From contig OZ076410.1 in the NCBI GenBank assembly GCA_964187785.1, forward strand, positions 80,848,001-80,912,000: a stretch of DNA of 64,000 nt. The letters are read 5' to 3'. The stretch's first letter is position 1. Every line of letters starts with the position of its first letter. Shown piece by piece: positions 1-13,485 of this stretch. The position numbers and the translations under genes were made by a program. Origin of the DNA: Amphiscolops sp. MND2022. Its lineage: Eukaryota. The notes under the pieces are model-generated. The model was not told the DNA's origin and did not search any database. It was given only the letters and a program-made list of their open reading frames with translations.

Positions 1-520
1 GCCAACAAGCAATCGTAGAGTCATCTATCAGTGCTATAGTTCACGAAGGAGGGCTGTCATAAATCACAATATTACATTGTCCTAATTTATAAATTATCCT
101 CCACTTACCGAGGTTTCCCAAATTCATTTTACGAGACCGTTATTGACACTGTAAGGAGGCTCTGCAGCTTTGAGCCTACTGACACCCAAACTGTTCTCTG
201 ACACGCCCTCCATGTAATAATCTCTCTACACCAAGTCCCGGTTTCAGTACGCGCGGTCCTTATTGTTTATATGTCGAAGAATTATATCAGAACTATCAAT
301 TTCATCATTCAGTTTATTTGCAATGAATAAAAAACTAGTCAAAATGCATTTGCAATGCGTCAAAAGGGTTTAACTATGATGGGTGAAAACTTTTCAATGG
401 TTCAATAGTTAAATTTTTTCAACGAAATAACGCTGGCCATTCTAATGTTGCGGTGTTTCTCGACAAAAGCGTAAAGAAACAGGAAATTGTGGAGTTGGCC
501 TATCTTGTGTCTCCTTTCAG

Positions 521-680
521 GATATGAGCAACGATGCTTACATCCCTGTAGAGGCCGAGGGAAGGGTGAAAAGTGTGAATGATGCCATTCTGGAGCAAGA
601 AACGGTGATTGAAGTCAAAGGGCCTTTTGTGAAGGCTCCTCCGGCACCGAAATTCTCCAAACGGGTCAAAGCTGAAGCAG
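521..680 (+). CDS. Internal (penultimate) coding exon of a host gene whose 5' part lies outside the window
   Basis: Acceptor ctcctttcAG at 519-520 and donor GTGAGT at 681. Reads DMSNDAYIPVEAEGRVKSVNDAILEQETVIEVKGPFVKAPPAPKFSKRVKAEA. Its 160 nt length (phase 1) joins in frame to the exon at 1435. Confidence 0.8.
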
Positions 681-1434
681 GTGAGTTGATTGATACATGC
701 ATTGGAGACTCTTCGGAAGTAAAAAGATGTATTCACTGTCTAACTTTCTTTCATGGAATTAATTTGTATATCCGCCTCACGTCGGTGTTCGCATATTGAA
801 TTGTCCGATCGTCTGAAATTCAGTATTTTTTTCTCCCGGGCATTACTCCCTTCAAACATCCTTATCCAAAAGTACTACAAATGCTGACGAATAATACTCA
901 TCTTGTGAGAGGGATTTTAAAACAGGGGTTTGACATCGCTAATTTTTCCCCTAATTTCGCAGAAAAACTTTCCTCAAACTTTTAAACGATTGGCTTTAAG
1001 TATGTTTTGAAATTGAATGATTGCTCAATTCAGTTTTTTCCAAGAAAAAAAACTAGAATGTTTCATACGGTGTGGGTTTTACAAGGGTAAAGGATGGAAT
1101 TTTTCGAAATTCATTTTTTTGTAACTCCGTGTATACTCGGAGGGAATTATGAGTTTGGACAAGCTATCAGTTGCTGCTAATTTGAATTGCTAATGAAGTC
1201 GCCGAAAAATTTCGGCGTGGCCACTGAATTGCTAATTAGCGGTGTCAAAATTGTTTCAAAATCAGAAAAAAGACCCGAAGTTATAGGTGATGAAGCAATG
1301 ACTCCAACTTTCTTTATATCAGAACCCAGTTTCGAGGAAACCTCTGTTTTCGAAAAAGTAAAGCGCGCTTCAATCTGTACTGTTGCATCGTTCTTCATTC
1401 TTTCCAAATTTTGATAGAATAATTTTCTATCCAG

Positions 1435-1775
1435 CAAAAAGCATGGAAGTTGATGGCGCTGAAGACAATGGCGAAGCGAACGAAAACAGTGATGAAGATT
1501 TTGATGACGCTGATGATGATGAATACAGTGACGCTGACGAAGACGGCGAAGTTCAGTTCAAGAAAGTTGAATTTTCTGAAAAACAGATGTTGACCTACAA
1601 CAAAAACATGAAACTTCACCTGAAGCGTCTGAAAAAGAAGAAGATAAAGACAGCTCGCTTGGATTCAGATCTGGCCCAGAAGATGAAGGGCGCGATGGAC
1701 ATCGATATGAAAGATGTGGGAAACCAGATGCCACAGAAATACAGTTTCAGAGAACATTTTGGCATTTCGAACTGA
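1435..1775 (+). CDS. Terminal coding exon: acidic tract then basic KRLKKKKIK motif; possibly the C-terminus of a nucleolar GTPase (GNL3/nucleostemin-like)
   Basis: Acceptor ttttctatccAG at 1433-1434; G+CA gives GCA in frame with the 1383-1775 ORF. D/E-rich tract, NLS-like basic tract, ends KYSFREHFGISN*. The family guess rests only on recalled resemblance of the C-terminal layout (about 0.3); the exon itself is well supported. Confidence 0.75.
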
Positions 1776-1955
1776 GTAATCTCTCATCGGTCGATTCTGG
1801 AATGATATGAAAGCTGTGTTATTAAATGACCTCCTATATCTCTAATGTGATCTTTTTCTTTGTTTTTGATTGGCTAATTGAGCTCTTCAAAATTTCAATG
1901 TTTTTCAGAATAATTGCGTCATTTGTATACGAGAGAACAAGACGAGAACGTCTAA

Positions 1956-2846
1956 AGTCGGCGCTATATCTAAGGCTCAAAAAGCGCAAAATAATTTTTG
2001 GAAAAACTTGAAATTTTTGATTTTTTTTTCGAGAAATGTCGCATAGTGCCGAAAAATGGGGGACCCTTTTGGATTTATTAACATACATTCTGTTGCAAAA
2101 TATCAAAAAACTCGAAGGGGAGACCCTTTGGAGACATTAAAAAACTTTCGAAAAAAAAGTCGCACAGTGCTGAAAAAAATTGAAAGGGGGGACTCTTTAG
2201 CCCCGTCCGATTTTGTAGGTAACGCTTAAAAAGTAAAAAACCACAGGGGGGACCCTTTGGAATAACTTAGATGCGTTTCCGGGGTATTCGTCTGTCTTAA
2301 AAGAAAAAAAATCTGTAATAGTCGGGCTCTTTTTATTATTTCTGCTCTAGCGTAAGAATTAAATTTCTCAAGCTGCCGACGACAATTCAATTCTCGTGCG
2401 ATGAAACGAGCGAGTGGTAATTATGCATTCGTAAGCTGACGTCATTGAGATGAAGCGAGCGAATGTTCGTCATTGTGCTTTCGTTGCGCCGAGTTATTGA
2501 GATGAAGCGAATGAGTGTTAATTATACTTTCGCGGAGACCTTCGCCTGCATTCAAATATATATTTGCTTTAGTCCGAGATTTACTACTATTACTCCTAAA
2601 AGACTGAATTGATTCTAGTCAGAAATTGATTCTAGAAAGAAATACTTGATGATATTTACATGTACAGATTTTTTAACAAACAGATTTAAAGGCGGTATAA
2701 AATGGTACAGTGATTACTTGTGCGGTAAATAATGATTAAACAGGAGTGTATTGGTATTCCAGATATGATTCTGTTATTAATGAAAGATTAAAGCAGAATA
2801 GTTGTGTGCCCCGGAGGGGCCTATTTTATTAATAAAAGCGCCGACT
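1956..2846. mobile_element. Non-autonomous TIR element (MITE-like), AGTCGGCGC family
   Basis: AGTCGGCGC at 1956-1964 and its reverse complement GCGCCGACT at 2838-2846. Internal ggggaccctttg sub-repeats are shared with 3120-4166. Confidence 0.55.
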
Positions 2847-3118
2847 AGAAAGAGCTATAAAGTTGAGAAAACGCACAGCCATGTGGAAATGAATGACACC
2901 TAAAATTCATTAAGTCGTGGTCAAAATCTTTCAAAATTTTCCGCAATCTCAGCCCCATAGCATCGGGCAACTGTAATTGTTGCTGTAAAGAAAAGCTCAG
3001 TAGATGTATCAATCAGCTTTTGTGAATGTCATGTGGACAGGAAAGGCTCGATTTTAAATTCATCTTGCGCTTATGGTTTCGCAATGGCTCTGGAAGTTAA
3101 ACAAGTCGGGACCGGCCC

Positions 3119-4168
3119 AAGTCGGCGCCATATCTAAGGCTCAAAAATAGCAGAAGGACTTCAAAATGTCAAAGTATTGGTGAATTGGGGACCCTTTTAT
3201 GAAAAAATTGAAAAGTCTCACAATGCCGAAAAAGACTGAAAGGGGAACCCTTTGGAATTTTTTAGCAGTCTGAAAAAAATTTCGACTACTTATGCAATCG
3301 TGTTGTTTTTTTTGTTTTTTTTTCTCCCGACCTTTCAATGAAAATTTCAAAATTCTCAAACTGTCCATACGATTTTCATAAAAATTTGCACAGTCATTCT
3401 ACACACAAAGGGGCCCCTGCCTGCGCAATGGCATCAAAATCGTATGACTGGGATGTCAGAAACTTGACCAAAATCAGCCCAAAAGTGGCTAAAAAACAGC
3501 CATTTTTCGACTTTTTTCAGTTTTCTCAAAAACTGTCCATACGATTCGAACGAAATTTTCTGCAGTCATTCTACACCATATGAGAGTCCTCTATGTGCAA
3601 TGGCATCAAAATCGTATGACTGGGATGTGAAAAACATAGCCAAAATTAACCCAAAAATGGTCAAAAAACAGCCATTTTTCGAATTTTTCCGTTTTTCTCA
3701 AAAACTGTCCATACGATTCGAACGAAATTTTCTACTGTCATTCTACACCATATTATGGTCCAATATGTGCAATTTCATCAATTTCTAATGACTAGGATTC
3801 GAGCTAGTCAGAAGGAAAAAGACCTAAGCCGACTCCTTTACCGCACATGCGGCTCTAGTTCAACATCCATTCTGTCGGAAAATATTAAAAAATTGAAGGG
3901 GGGACCCTTTGGTGAACAATTTATTCGAAAAAGTCTCACAGAGCCGAAAATACTCGAAGGTAGTACCCTTTGGCCCCGTTGAGTTTCTTCGACGATGTAA
4001 AAATAGTTTGCAAGCATTTGGAAAAGTAAAAGTACTTCGCAAGCAAGAATTCATGACTCATGAAAATTGTAAGAAAAGTGGACCATTCAGAGTGAGATTG
4101 TAGGCTGAAAAAAGCTACCCACTGTAATAGTCGGGCTTTTTTTCTTCCAGGGAAAAGGCGCCGACTTG
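3119..4168. mobile_element. MITE-like element, AGTCGGCGC family, carrying a 172 bp tandem array
   Basis: CAAGTCGGCGCC...GGCGCCGACTTG 12 bp inverted termini. The left end (tatctaaggctcaaaaatagcagaaggacttcaaa) matches 1960-1990 and, inverted, 55570-55621. Confidence 0.6.
3340..3790. repeat. ~172 bp tandem repeat, about 2.5 units
   Basis: Motif ctgtccatacgatt recurs at 3361, 3533 and 3705; ggcatcaaaatcgtatgactgggatgt is also repeated. Confidence 0.85.
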
Positions 4169-4249
4169 TGTAAAACATTTAGCACAAACGATGACGACAA
4201 TGGTTTCTGAACCTTGTGTCTTATAGTAGTAGGAGAAGGGCAGGGGGGT

Positions 4250-4480
4250 TTAGAGCCACTTTTGGATCCCTGATCCTAATACATGCAATTCTCATCGAAA
4301 CTTCGGTACTACTGTAGAACCACTTTTGGATCCTTGATCTTAATACATGCAATTCTCATCGAAACTTCGGTACTACTGTAGAACCACTTTTGGATCCCTG
4401 ATCTTAATACATACAATTCTCATCGAAGCCTTTGTACTACTGTAGAACCACTTTTGGATCCCTAATCTTAATACATTGAC
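4250..4480. repeat. 61 bp minisatellite, about 3.5 units
   Basis: Unit tagaaccacttttggatccctgatcttaatacatgcaattctcatcgaaacttcggtactactg is repeated head-to-tail with no spacers. Confidence 0.92.
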
Positions 4481-4699
4481 AATTGAATGTTTGATGTTTT
4501 GGCTGCTCAAACCTCCAATGACAGCTGTTCAAACATGATAAAATCTTTGTTTTACCAACTTTCAGCTTCATTTCTTCTGATAATAAAATTGAACTTCGAA
4601 TATTATTCAACGATCGAACTAAATTGATCCAATTTTAGGAGTCGGGGAAAAATTTTTGATTACTTATGCAATCGTGACGTTTTTTTCTCCCGACCTTTC

Positions 4700-5400
4700 A
4701 GAGAAAATTTCAAATTTCTCGAAAACTGTTCATATGATTTTTATAAAATTTAGCACAGTCATTCTACGCCCAAAGGTGCTACCGCGTGCACGATGGCATC
4801 AAAATCGTATGTCTGGGATCTGCGAAACATAGCCAAAATTAGTTCAAAAATGACCAAAAAACGACCATTTTTGGACTTTTTCGATTTTCTCAAAAACTGT
4901 CCATACGATTGGAACGCAATTTTTACAGTCAGTCTATGCCATATAAGGGTCCTTCTACAAGTGCAATAGCATCAAAATTGCATGTCTGGGATCAGAGAAA
5001 CATAGCTAAAATTGGTTCGAAAATGACCAAAAAACAACCTTTTTTGGATTTTTTCGATTTTCTCAAAAATTCTCCATAAGATTGGAACGCAATTTTTTAC
5101 AGTCAGTCTACGCTATATTAGGGTCCTTCTACATGTGCTATAGCATCAAAATCGCATGGCTGAGATCAGACAAACCTAGCCAAAATTAGTACAGAAATGA
5201 CCAAAAAACAGCCATTTGTGGCTTCTTTTTTTCGATTCTCTGCAAAACTCTCTACACGATTCGAACGAGATTTCAACTGTCTTTCTTCACCATGTTAGGG
5301 TCCTATAAGTGCAATGGCGTCAGAATCGTATGGCTGATATCTGAGAAACATAGCCAAAAGTATTTCAAAAATGCCCAACAGTGTGTAATTTGTTTTGAAT
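4700..5400. repeat. ~172 bp tandem repeat, about 4 units
   Basis: Same family as 3340-3790; unit anchors near 4725, 4897, 5069 and 5245. Confidence 0.85.
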
Positions 5401-7699
5401 AAATCCGTTCCTGACTTCTTTACCGCACATGCTGAATGGACTTCTGAAAATGTCAAAAAATTCCTACTAATTTCGAAAATCACCATTTTTTCACCCACCG
5501 AGAAAATACAGTGAAAATTGTAGGGCACTAGGTGTATGTGAACATAGCTGACTACGTTATAATAATACGATCGACAGAATATGCCACTCGTTTTCAACTT
5601 AGTGACTTGAAGCGAAATGACTTTGAGCCAAGCGACAATTATACGAGACATTTAGCTTTGAAAAATTACGCCAAGTGACCAAATGCATAAAGACAAGTGA
5701 CCAATTACCCGAAATATAACGCCGAAATATAATATATGGACAGAAGTCATCGTATCCTTAACATATAGAATTCGATGTTCAATGCACATCTGAGAAAAAT
5801 TTGCAATATTGACATTTTTCAATCAAAATAGAACAACGTTCGAAGAACAAGGTCTAAAGATCATGAAATTCAGCTTTCTGCTTTCAAATAATCTCGACTG
5901 GGGACTTTTAATAGTGCAATGAGAATCTTCTAATAGATTCGACCAAAAAGTTTTTAACAGGCGCATACTTTTGCAATAGAATATGAAGAAACCTTACCTT
6001 TGGTTGCAGAAACCACAACCTAGCTTGAGTAAATGTTTAAGAAGACACTGAAAAAAGTACAATGAAGCCATCAATTGTATGAGAAACCAGAAAAAAGAAG
6101 TGAAAGTATCTTTTATACTTGATGATTACTGAGATTTTGAAAAATCTAAGTCTCAATGAGATATGTACATCATTCTTGTTTAATACATGGATGAAGCCTG
6201 TTAATCATGTACCAAAATTGAGATGCAATTGTCTTGTAATTATTCAAAATGTTGCAAGACCTAATTAATAGTCCAGTCAAAGTGTAACATATCAGGTCAA
6301 AAGGTATTTTAAAAAATGGATAGAGCAACAAATGTAGTATTCCACTGAAGAAGAAGCAAGTATGGTGACAATAGGCTATTCCGTAGTCCAAACGAGCCAC
6401 GAGGGGATCTTTCCTCCGACGATGGGTCAAAAGAGTAAATGACATAACGAATTTTAGGCAAAATACGTACTAATGTTTTTCATTCTCCAATGACCAATGC
6501 CGGTTCCATTCATGGTTGGTTCAGCCAGCTTTCTGAGCCTAATCATCCGCCAATTGAAAGTTGTCTTAGACGTCCTAACCTATGAGACGTTCGGAATTTT
6601 GTAGTTTCCCTCGAAAATTAAGACTCTGTCAAGTTTCCATTAGAGCGGGGCCTCGGTGTTTTCATCAATCAAACAAAACTAGCTCTTCAACGTTTATACC
6701 AGCTTCGTTGTGGACTTACCATTCCAGGATTCTCAAATCACCTTTAAGGCTATCAAACCGAAAACATCTCATATATGGAAAAATAGAAAACTGTTCTTCT
6801 TGCAAATCTAAGTTTTACATACATTATCGTAATGAAATTAAAATAGGAAATTCAAGAGGCAGAAAAAACATCTGGAAATCCACCGTTAAAATTTCTGTAG
6901 CAATAGCATCCAAACTGAATGTGAGAGCAGTAATAACCTAACTCATGGAGCAATATGGAGTAACTTCCAAAATTTCAGAAGCCATCTGAAATTAATATGC
7001 GCAATGAGAAGACTTGTAAAAGAAATCGATGATCAATTTCACAAAAATCCTGAATACTAAATCGCATTTGCATTTTTTCATCGTGGTTCATATTGACACC
7101 GCATTTGAAAAGTATTGAACAATTCAAAAATGATCGCACTGAAAAACTTCATTCATCTTCTCACCGAAAACAAAGTTTAAACAAACATAACCTAACTGAC
7201 AAAAACAATTATTTCCAGACTCAACAAGTTTTCATGGGAGAACCCTATGGGTGACATTGATTATTTAGCTTATTGAAATACGAAGCAAGTTGTGAATCAA
7301 CCTACCACGTTGATATATGAAGTGTTCTAGGTTTTGTAGTCAAAGTGAAGAATTTTGGAAAGATTGAAACATTCCAAGTTTATCGGTTTTGATCCCGAAA
7401 GTGCAGCAGTTCAACACTTAAACAGAATCTAGCGCCTACAAAGACGCACGAACATGAACAAGTTTAAATTTTTCCGATTTTTGAAATTTGAGAACGAACA
7501 GTGAAACTTTTTCATCCTTCCATATTTCTGACTGAAAGTAAAAATATTATGAAAGAAAAGCAGGAAGTAGTAGATACGCCATTTTGAATGTCCGAACTGG
7601 AGAAAGCCTGTGATAAACCCTGTTTGCGATATCCAACGAGTATGATACCTCAGCTGCGCATACGATAAAAAACCCACAAAGAGTGAGAGACAACAGTTA

Positions 7700-9017
7700 C
7701 TGGTGAACTAGAAACAAAAGCTAAGAATCACAATTATCAAGTGGTTACTGGGTTGTTGCCGCAATTAGTAAATAGGACTTTTGGACACGAACTTCTACCG
7801 TTGGATGTTTGTATATTGTAAGTATATTTACGTACCAAGTCCTCCGCCTAGTGCTTATTCTACTTTCAATGATCTTTGAGGAAATCTGTGTACTTCCAGG
7901 TTGAGTATAATCCGTCGATCAAAGCTGACTGTTTTGTTCCTTAGCCAATGGCATCGGGAATTGAACTTCTCTTCCATTCTTCTGGCAACAAAACTCCAAT
8001 AAACTGAACATCTTAGAAACCAATTATATTTTTTCGATCTGGAAAGAAAAGCTTCAATTGATAAACTGTCGTAAAATGAAAAACCGGACTGTCACAAAAA
8101 CGTTGTCATGCCGTAATTATTGTTTGAACTCTGCCCTGGTTCAATTCCGCGGATTGCATCAGGAATTGTTGAAGCATTGAACTCGCTTTTGGAATGGCAA
8201 CATTTCCCAAGGGTGAATGTTTTTGCAATTGGTCTCGCTTTTTGATTTCTATTCAAAAATTGGGTATCCAGTTCCCCAACTTTTCAGAAACCTAAGCGAG
8301 GTTATCTAAAGATGTAAAAAATCTGCAGGCGAAGGTATAAATTTCAACGCCAAATCCCTTGAAAAATCTTACGTAGAACGCTGCGAGTCTCGTGACTTGG
8401 TCAAGCAGGTGGAGGCCAAGAGCGCAGACCGGATCCGAAGTCTTGCAAAAATCTCAGCTCCTAACTCAGAACTTTCGTGAAGGTGACAATTTTTTCCGAG
8501 TCGTTTGACTCCTGGTCTGTTGCTTAGGAAGCTCTTTTTCATGAAGATGTCGCTTTCAATGAAGAGATAAATGGTTGGGGAAACAATTCGTCATTGGAGA
8601 ATTGAATCAAGCCCAAAACATTCACTCGGAGACTTCATAAACTGATCAACTTGTCTTCGATTGTCGTGTCAAAAGAAGAAAAGTAGTGTGACCCCAGTGG
8701 TTTGATCGCTCGATACAATTCAGACGAGTATGGTATCTAGCTCCAGGACTAATCACTCAGGCCACACTGCCTGCTTGCTCCGAAGTATTCGTTCCAACGT
8801 TATCGAACTCAAATTCTACACAATAAGCAAAGGATAATAACGGGAAAAGTGCGATAAATTGTGGTGTATAATTTTGGTCAAATGGAAGCTCTTTTATAGT
8901 AGGAGATGGGAAAACAGTTGTTTGTAATGTAGCGTTCAAGAATACACGTTTATGAAGACTTCTAGACATTGTTTTGAAAATATGTTTCAACACTGACGAC
9001 CTCAACCAAAATATCAT
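7700..9017 (-). pseudogene. Heavily degraded ORF resembling a Maverick/Polinton capsid (F54H12.2-like) protein
   Basis: Minus-strand fragments in expected order: KELPFDQNYTPQFIALFPLLSF..VEFEFDNVG; HWGH/YFSSFDTTIEDKLIS; LTKSRDSQ; NQKARPIAKTFTLG; HDNVFV. These recall the ELDLF..PIEF, LFSQIDVSLND, LTRSKD and AKYPI..KTF motifs. Many stops and frameshifts; family call from recalled motifs only. Confidence 0.4.
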
Positions 9018-12000
9018 TGTTTGAAAAAACTTAGCTAAACGAATTTTCCGCCAGGTTTAACCAAACTCATCTCGCTGTTCCACAGAAAACTGCCATCTAG
9101 CTAGACACTTTCACGGGCAACGTGTTCAAATATTTATTACCTCTTTGTTTCAGTGGACCTCCATAGCCCGGATTGAGCTGCTGTGAGAGAAAAATGATGT
9201 GAGTCGGTCTTCTCCTCTTCGTCTTCAATCTATCATTCAAACAACAACAGCAGCAACAACTCAAGGTCTTCTGAACAGCACTCCTAGTTTAACTTCTCTA
9301 TTGGTATATAGTGCGATGTCTTTATACAAGTCAATGAATGTCTTATTTAGCTGCAAAAGCTTCCACGTAAACCACTGTGCCTATTTGTTTTCAAGTTTTC
9401 GTTTTAGGCTTTTAAACTGATTTCTGACCTAGTGATTCACAACGCTACATATTTCGACGCAGTATAACATCACTGAAATATTTGGTTGCCGCTAAAAACA
9501 ATCAGTCTTGACCAAGTCACGAGACTCGCAGACTCTGTAAGATTTTTCAAAGGATTTGGCGTTGAAGTTTAAACCTTCGCCTGCAGATTTTTTACATCTT
9601 TAGATCACCTCGCTTAGGTTTCTGAAAAGTTGGGGAACTGGATACCCATTTTTTGAATAGAAATCAAAAGGCGAGACCAATTGCAAAAACATTCACCCTT
9701 GGGAAATGTTGCCATTCCAAAAGCGAGTTCAATGTTTTAACCATTCCCGATGCAATCCGCGGAATTGAACCAGGGCAGATTTCAAACGATAATCACGGCA
9801 TGACAACGTTCTTGTGACAGTCCGGTGTTTTATATTACGACAGTTTATTAATTGAAGCTTTTCTTTCCAGATCGAAAAAGCATATTTGGCTTCTAAGATG
9901 TTCAGTTCATTGAAGTTTTGTTGCCAGAAGAATGGAAGAGAAGTTCAATTCTTGAAGCCATTGGCTAAGGAACAAAACATTCAGCTTTGATCGACGGATT
10001 ATACTCAACCTGGAAGTACACAGATTTCCTCAAAGATCATTGAAAGTGGAATAAACTCTTGGCGGAGGACTTGGTACGCAAATATACCTACAGTATACAA
10101 ACACCCAACGGTAGAAGTTCGTGTCCAAAAGTCCTATTTACTAATTGCGGCAACAACCCAGTAACCACTTGATAATTGTGATTCTTAGCTTTTGTTTCTA
10201 GTTCACCAGTAACTGTTGTCTCTCACTCTTTGTGGGTTTTTTTATGGTATGCGCAGCTGAGGTATCATACTCGTTGGATATCGGAAACAAGGTTTTATCA
10301 CATGCTTTCTCCAGTTCGGACATTCAAAATGGCGTATCTACTACTTTCTGCTTTTCTTTCATAATATTTTTACTTCCACTCAGAAATATGGAAGGATGAA
10401 AAAGTTTCACTGTTCGTTCTCAAATTTCAAAAATCGGAAAAGTTTAAACTTGTTCACGTTCGTGCGTCTTTGTAGGCGCTAGTTTCTGTTTAATTGTTGA
10501 ACTGCTTCACTTTCGGGATCAAAACCGATTAACTTGGAATATTTCAATCTTTCCAAAATTCTTCACTTTGACCACAAAACCTAGAACACTTCATATATCA
10601 ACGTGGTAGGTTTCGTATTTCAATAAGCTAAATATTCAATGTCACCCATAGGGTTCCCCCATGAAAATTTGTTGAGTCTAGAAATAATAATTGTTTTTGT
10701 CAGTTAAATTATGTTTGTTCAAACTTTGTTTTCGGTGAGAAGATAAATGAAGTTTTTCAGTGCGGTCATTTTTGAATCGTTTTAATACTTTTCAAATGCG
10801 GTCTCAATATGAACCACGATGAAAGAATGCAAATGCGACTTAGTATTCAGGATTTTTGTGAAATTGATCATCAATTTCTTTTACAAGTCTTCTCATTGCG
10901 CGTATTAATTTCAGATGGCTTCTGAAATTTTGGAAGTTACTCCATATTGCTCCATGAGTTAGGTTATTACTGTTCTTACATTCAGCTTGGATGCTATTGC
11001 TACAGAAATTTTAACAGTAGATTTTCAGATGTTTTTTCTGCCTCTTGAATTTCCTATTTTAATTTGATTACGATAATGTAAGTAAAACTTAGATTTGCAA
11101 GAAGAACAGTTTTCTATTTTTCCATATATGAGACGTTTTCGGTTTGATAGCCTTAAAGGTGATTTATTTGAGAATCCTGGAAACGTAAGTCCACAACGAA
11201 GCTGGCATAAACGTTGAAGAGCTAGTTTTGTTTGATTGATGAAAACACCGAGGCCCCGCTCTAATGGAAACTTGACAGACTAATTTTCGAGGGAAACTAC
11301 GAAATTCCGAACGTCTCATAGGTTAGGACGTCTAAGACAACTTCAATTGACGGATGATTAGGCTCAGAAAGCTACCGCTGGCTGAACCAACCATGAATGG
11401 AACCGGCATTGGTCATTGGAGAATGAAAAACATTAGTATGTATTTTGCTAACAATTCTTTATGTCATTTACTCTTTCGACCTATCGTCGGAGGAAAAATC
11501 CCCTCATGGCTTGTTTGGACTACGGAAAAGCCTATTGTCTCCATACTTGCTTCTTCCTCAGTGGATTACAACATTTGTTGCTCTATCCATTTTTTAAATA
11601 CATTTTGACCTGAAATGTTACACTTTGACTGAACTATTAATTACCTCTTGCAACATTTTGAATAATTACAAGACAATTGCATCTCAATTTTGGTACATGA
11701 TTAACAGGCTACATTCATGTTTTAAACAAGAATGATGTACATATCTCATTGAGACTTAGATTTTTCAAACTTTCAGTAATAGTCAAAATTAAAAAAGATA
11801 CTTTCACTCCTAGTTTCTGGTTTCTCAGACAATTGATGGCTTCATTCTACTTTCTTCAGTTTCTTCTTAAACATTTACTCAAGCTAGGTTGTGATTTCTG
11901 CACACAAAGGTAAGGTTTCTTCATATTCTATTGCAGAAGGTATGCGCCTGTTAAAAACTCTTTGGTCGAATTTATTAGAAGATTCTCATTGCACTATTAA

Positions 12001-12529
12001 AAGTCTCCAGTCGAGATTATTTGAAAGCAGAAAACTGAATTTCATGATCTTCAGACCTTGTTCTTCGAACGTTGTTCTATTTTGATTGAAAAATGTCAAT
12101 GTTGCAAATTTTTCTCAGATGTGCATTGAACATCGAATTCTATATGTTAAGGATACGATGACTACTATCTATATATTATATTTCGGCGTTATATTTTGGG
12201 TTATTGGTCGCTTGTCTTTATGCATTTGGTCACTTGGCGTAATTTTTTAAAAATAAATGTCTCGTTTAATGGTCGCTTGGCTCAAAGTCATTTCGCTTCA
12301 AGTCACTAAGTTGAAAACGAGTGGCATGTTCTGTCGATATTATTATTATAACGTAGTCAGCTATGTTCACATACACCTAGTGCTCTATAATTTTCACTGT
12401 ATTTTCTCGGTGGGTGAAAAAATGGTGATTTTCGAAATTAGTTGGGATTTTTTGACATTTTCAGAAGTCCATTCAGCATGTGCGGTAAAGAAGTCTGGAA
12501 CGGATCTATTCAAAACAAATTACACACTT

Positions 12530-13060
12530 TTGGGCATTTTTGAAATAATTTTGGTTATGTTTCTCAGATACCAGCCATACGATTCTGACGCCATTGCACT
12601 TATAGGACCCTAATATGGTGAAGGAAGACAGTAGAAAATTCGTTCGAATCGTGTAGAGAGTTTTGCAGAGAATCGAAAAAAAAGAAACCAAAAATGGCTG
12701 TTTTTTGGTCATTTTTGGACTAATTTTGGCTATGTTTGTCTGATCTCAGCCATGCGATTTTGATGCTATAGCACATGTAGACGGACCCTAATATAGCGTA
12801 GACTGACTGTAAAAAATTGCGTTCCAATCGTATGGACAGTTTTTGAGAAAATCGAAAAAGTCCAAAAATGGTCGTTTTTTGGTCATTTTTGAACTAATTT
12901 TGGCTATGTTTCTCAGATCCCAGACATACGATTTTGATGCCATCGTGCACGCGGTAGCACCTTTGGGCGTAGAATGACTGTGCTAAATTTTATAAAAATC
13001 ATATGAACAGTTTTCAAGAAATTTGAAATTTTCTCTGAAAGGTCGGGAGAAAAAAAACGT
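12530..13060. repeat. ~172 bp tandem repeat, inverted copy, about 3 units
   Basis: Reverse complement of 4700-5400 with one fewer unit. Confidence 0.8.
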
Positions 13061-13259
13061 CACGATTGCATAAGTAATCAAAAATTTTTCCCGACCCCTA
13101 AAAATGGATCAATTTAGTTCGATCGTTGAATAATATTCGAAGTTCAATTTTATTATCAGAAGATATGAAGCTGAAAGTTGGTAAAACAAAGATTTTATCA
13201 TGTTTGAACAGCTGTCATTGGAGGTTTGAGCAGCCAAAACATCAAACATTCAATTGTCA

Positions 13260-13485
13260 ATGTATTAAGATTAGGGGTCCAAAAGTGGTTTTACAGTAGT
13301 ACAAAGGCTTCGATGAGAATTGCATGTATTAAGATCAGGGATCCAAAAGTTGTTCTACAGTAGTACCGAAGTTTCGATGAGAATTGCATGTATTAATATC
13401 AGGAATCCAAAAGTAGTTCTACAGTAGTACCGAAGTTTCGATGAGAATTGCATGTATTAAGATCAGGGATCCAAAAGTGGCTCTA
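13260..13485. repeat. 61 bp minisatellite, inverted copy
   Basis: Unit gatccaaaagtggttctacagtagtaccgaagtttcgatgagaattgcatgtattaagatcagg repeated about 3.5 times. Confidence 0.9.

Larger units (their letters stand above)
4225..8405. repeat. Left arm of a ~9.3 kb inverted duplication (palindrome)
   Basis: Reverse complement of 9507-13507 throughout, e.g. 8281-8405 vs 9507-9640, about 95% identical in sampled stretches. ORF 5295-5651(-) mirrors 12257-12613(+). Confidence 0.95.

Noticed and set aside
1177-1437. Antisense 86 aa ORF in the host gene intron as a nested gene
   Set aside because: Short, no motif, overlaps the acceptor site, and no supporting splice structure was found.
4250-4480. 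Regular 61 bp repeats as a CRISPR array
   Set aside because: Units are contiguous and near-identical with no unique spacers, there are no cas genes, and the context is eukaryotic. It is a minisatellite.
5295-12613. Paired 118 aa ORFs (5295-5651 minus, 12257-12613 plus) as a duplicated gene
   Set aside because: They span a satellite/MITE junction inside the palindrome arms, have no domain features, and match only because the DNA is duplicated.
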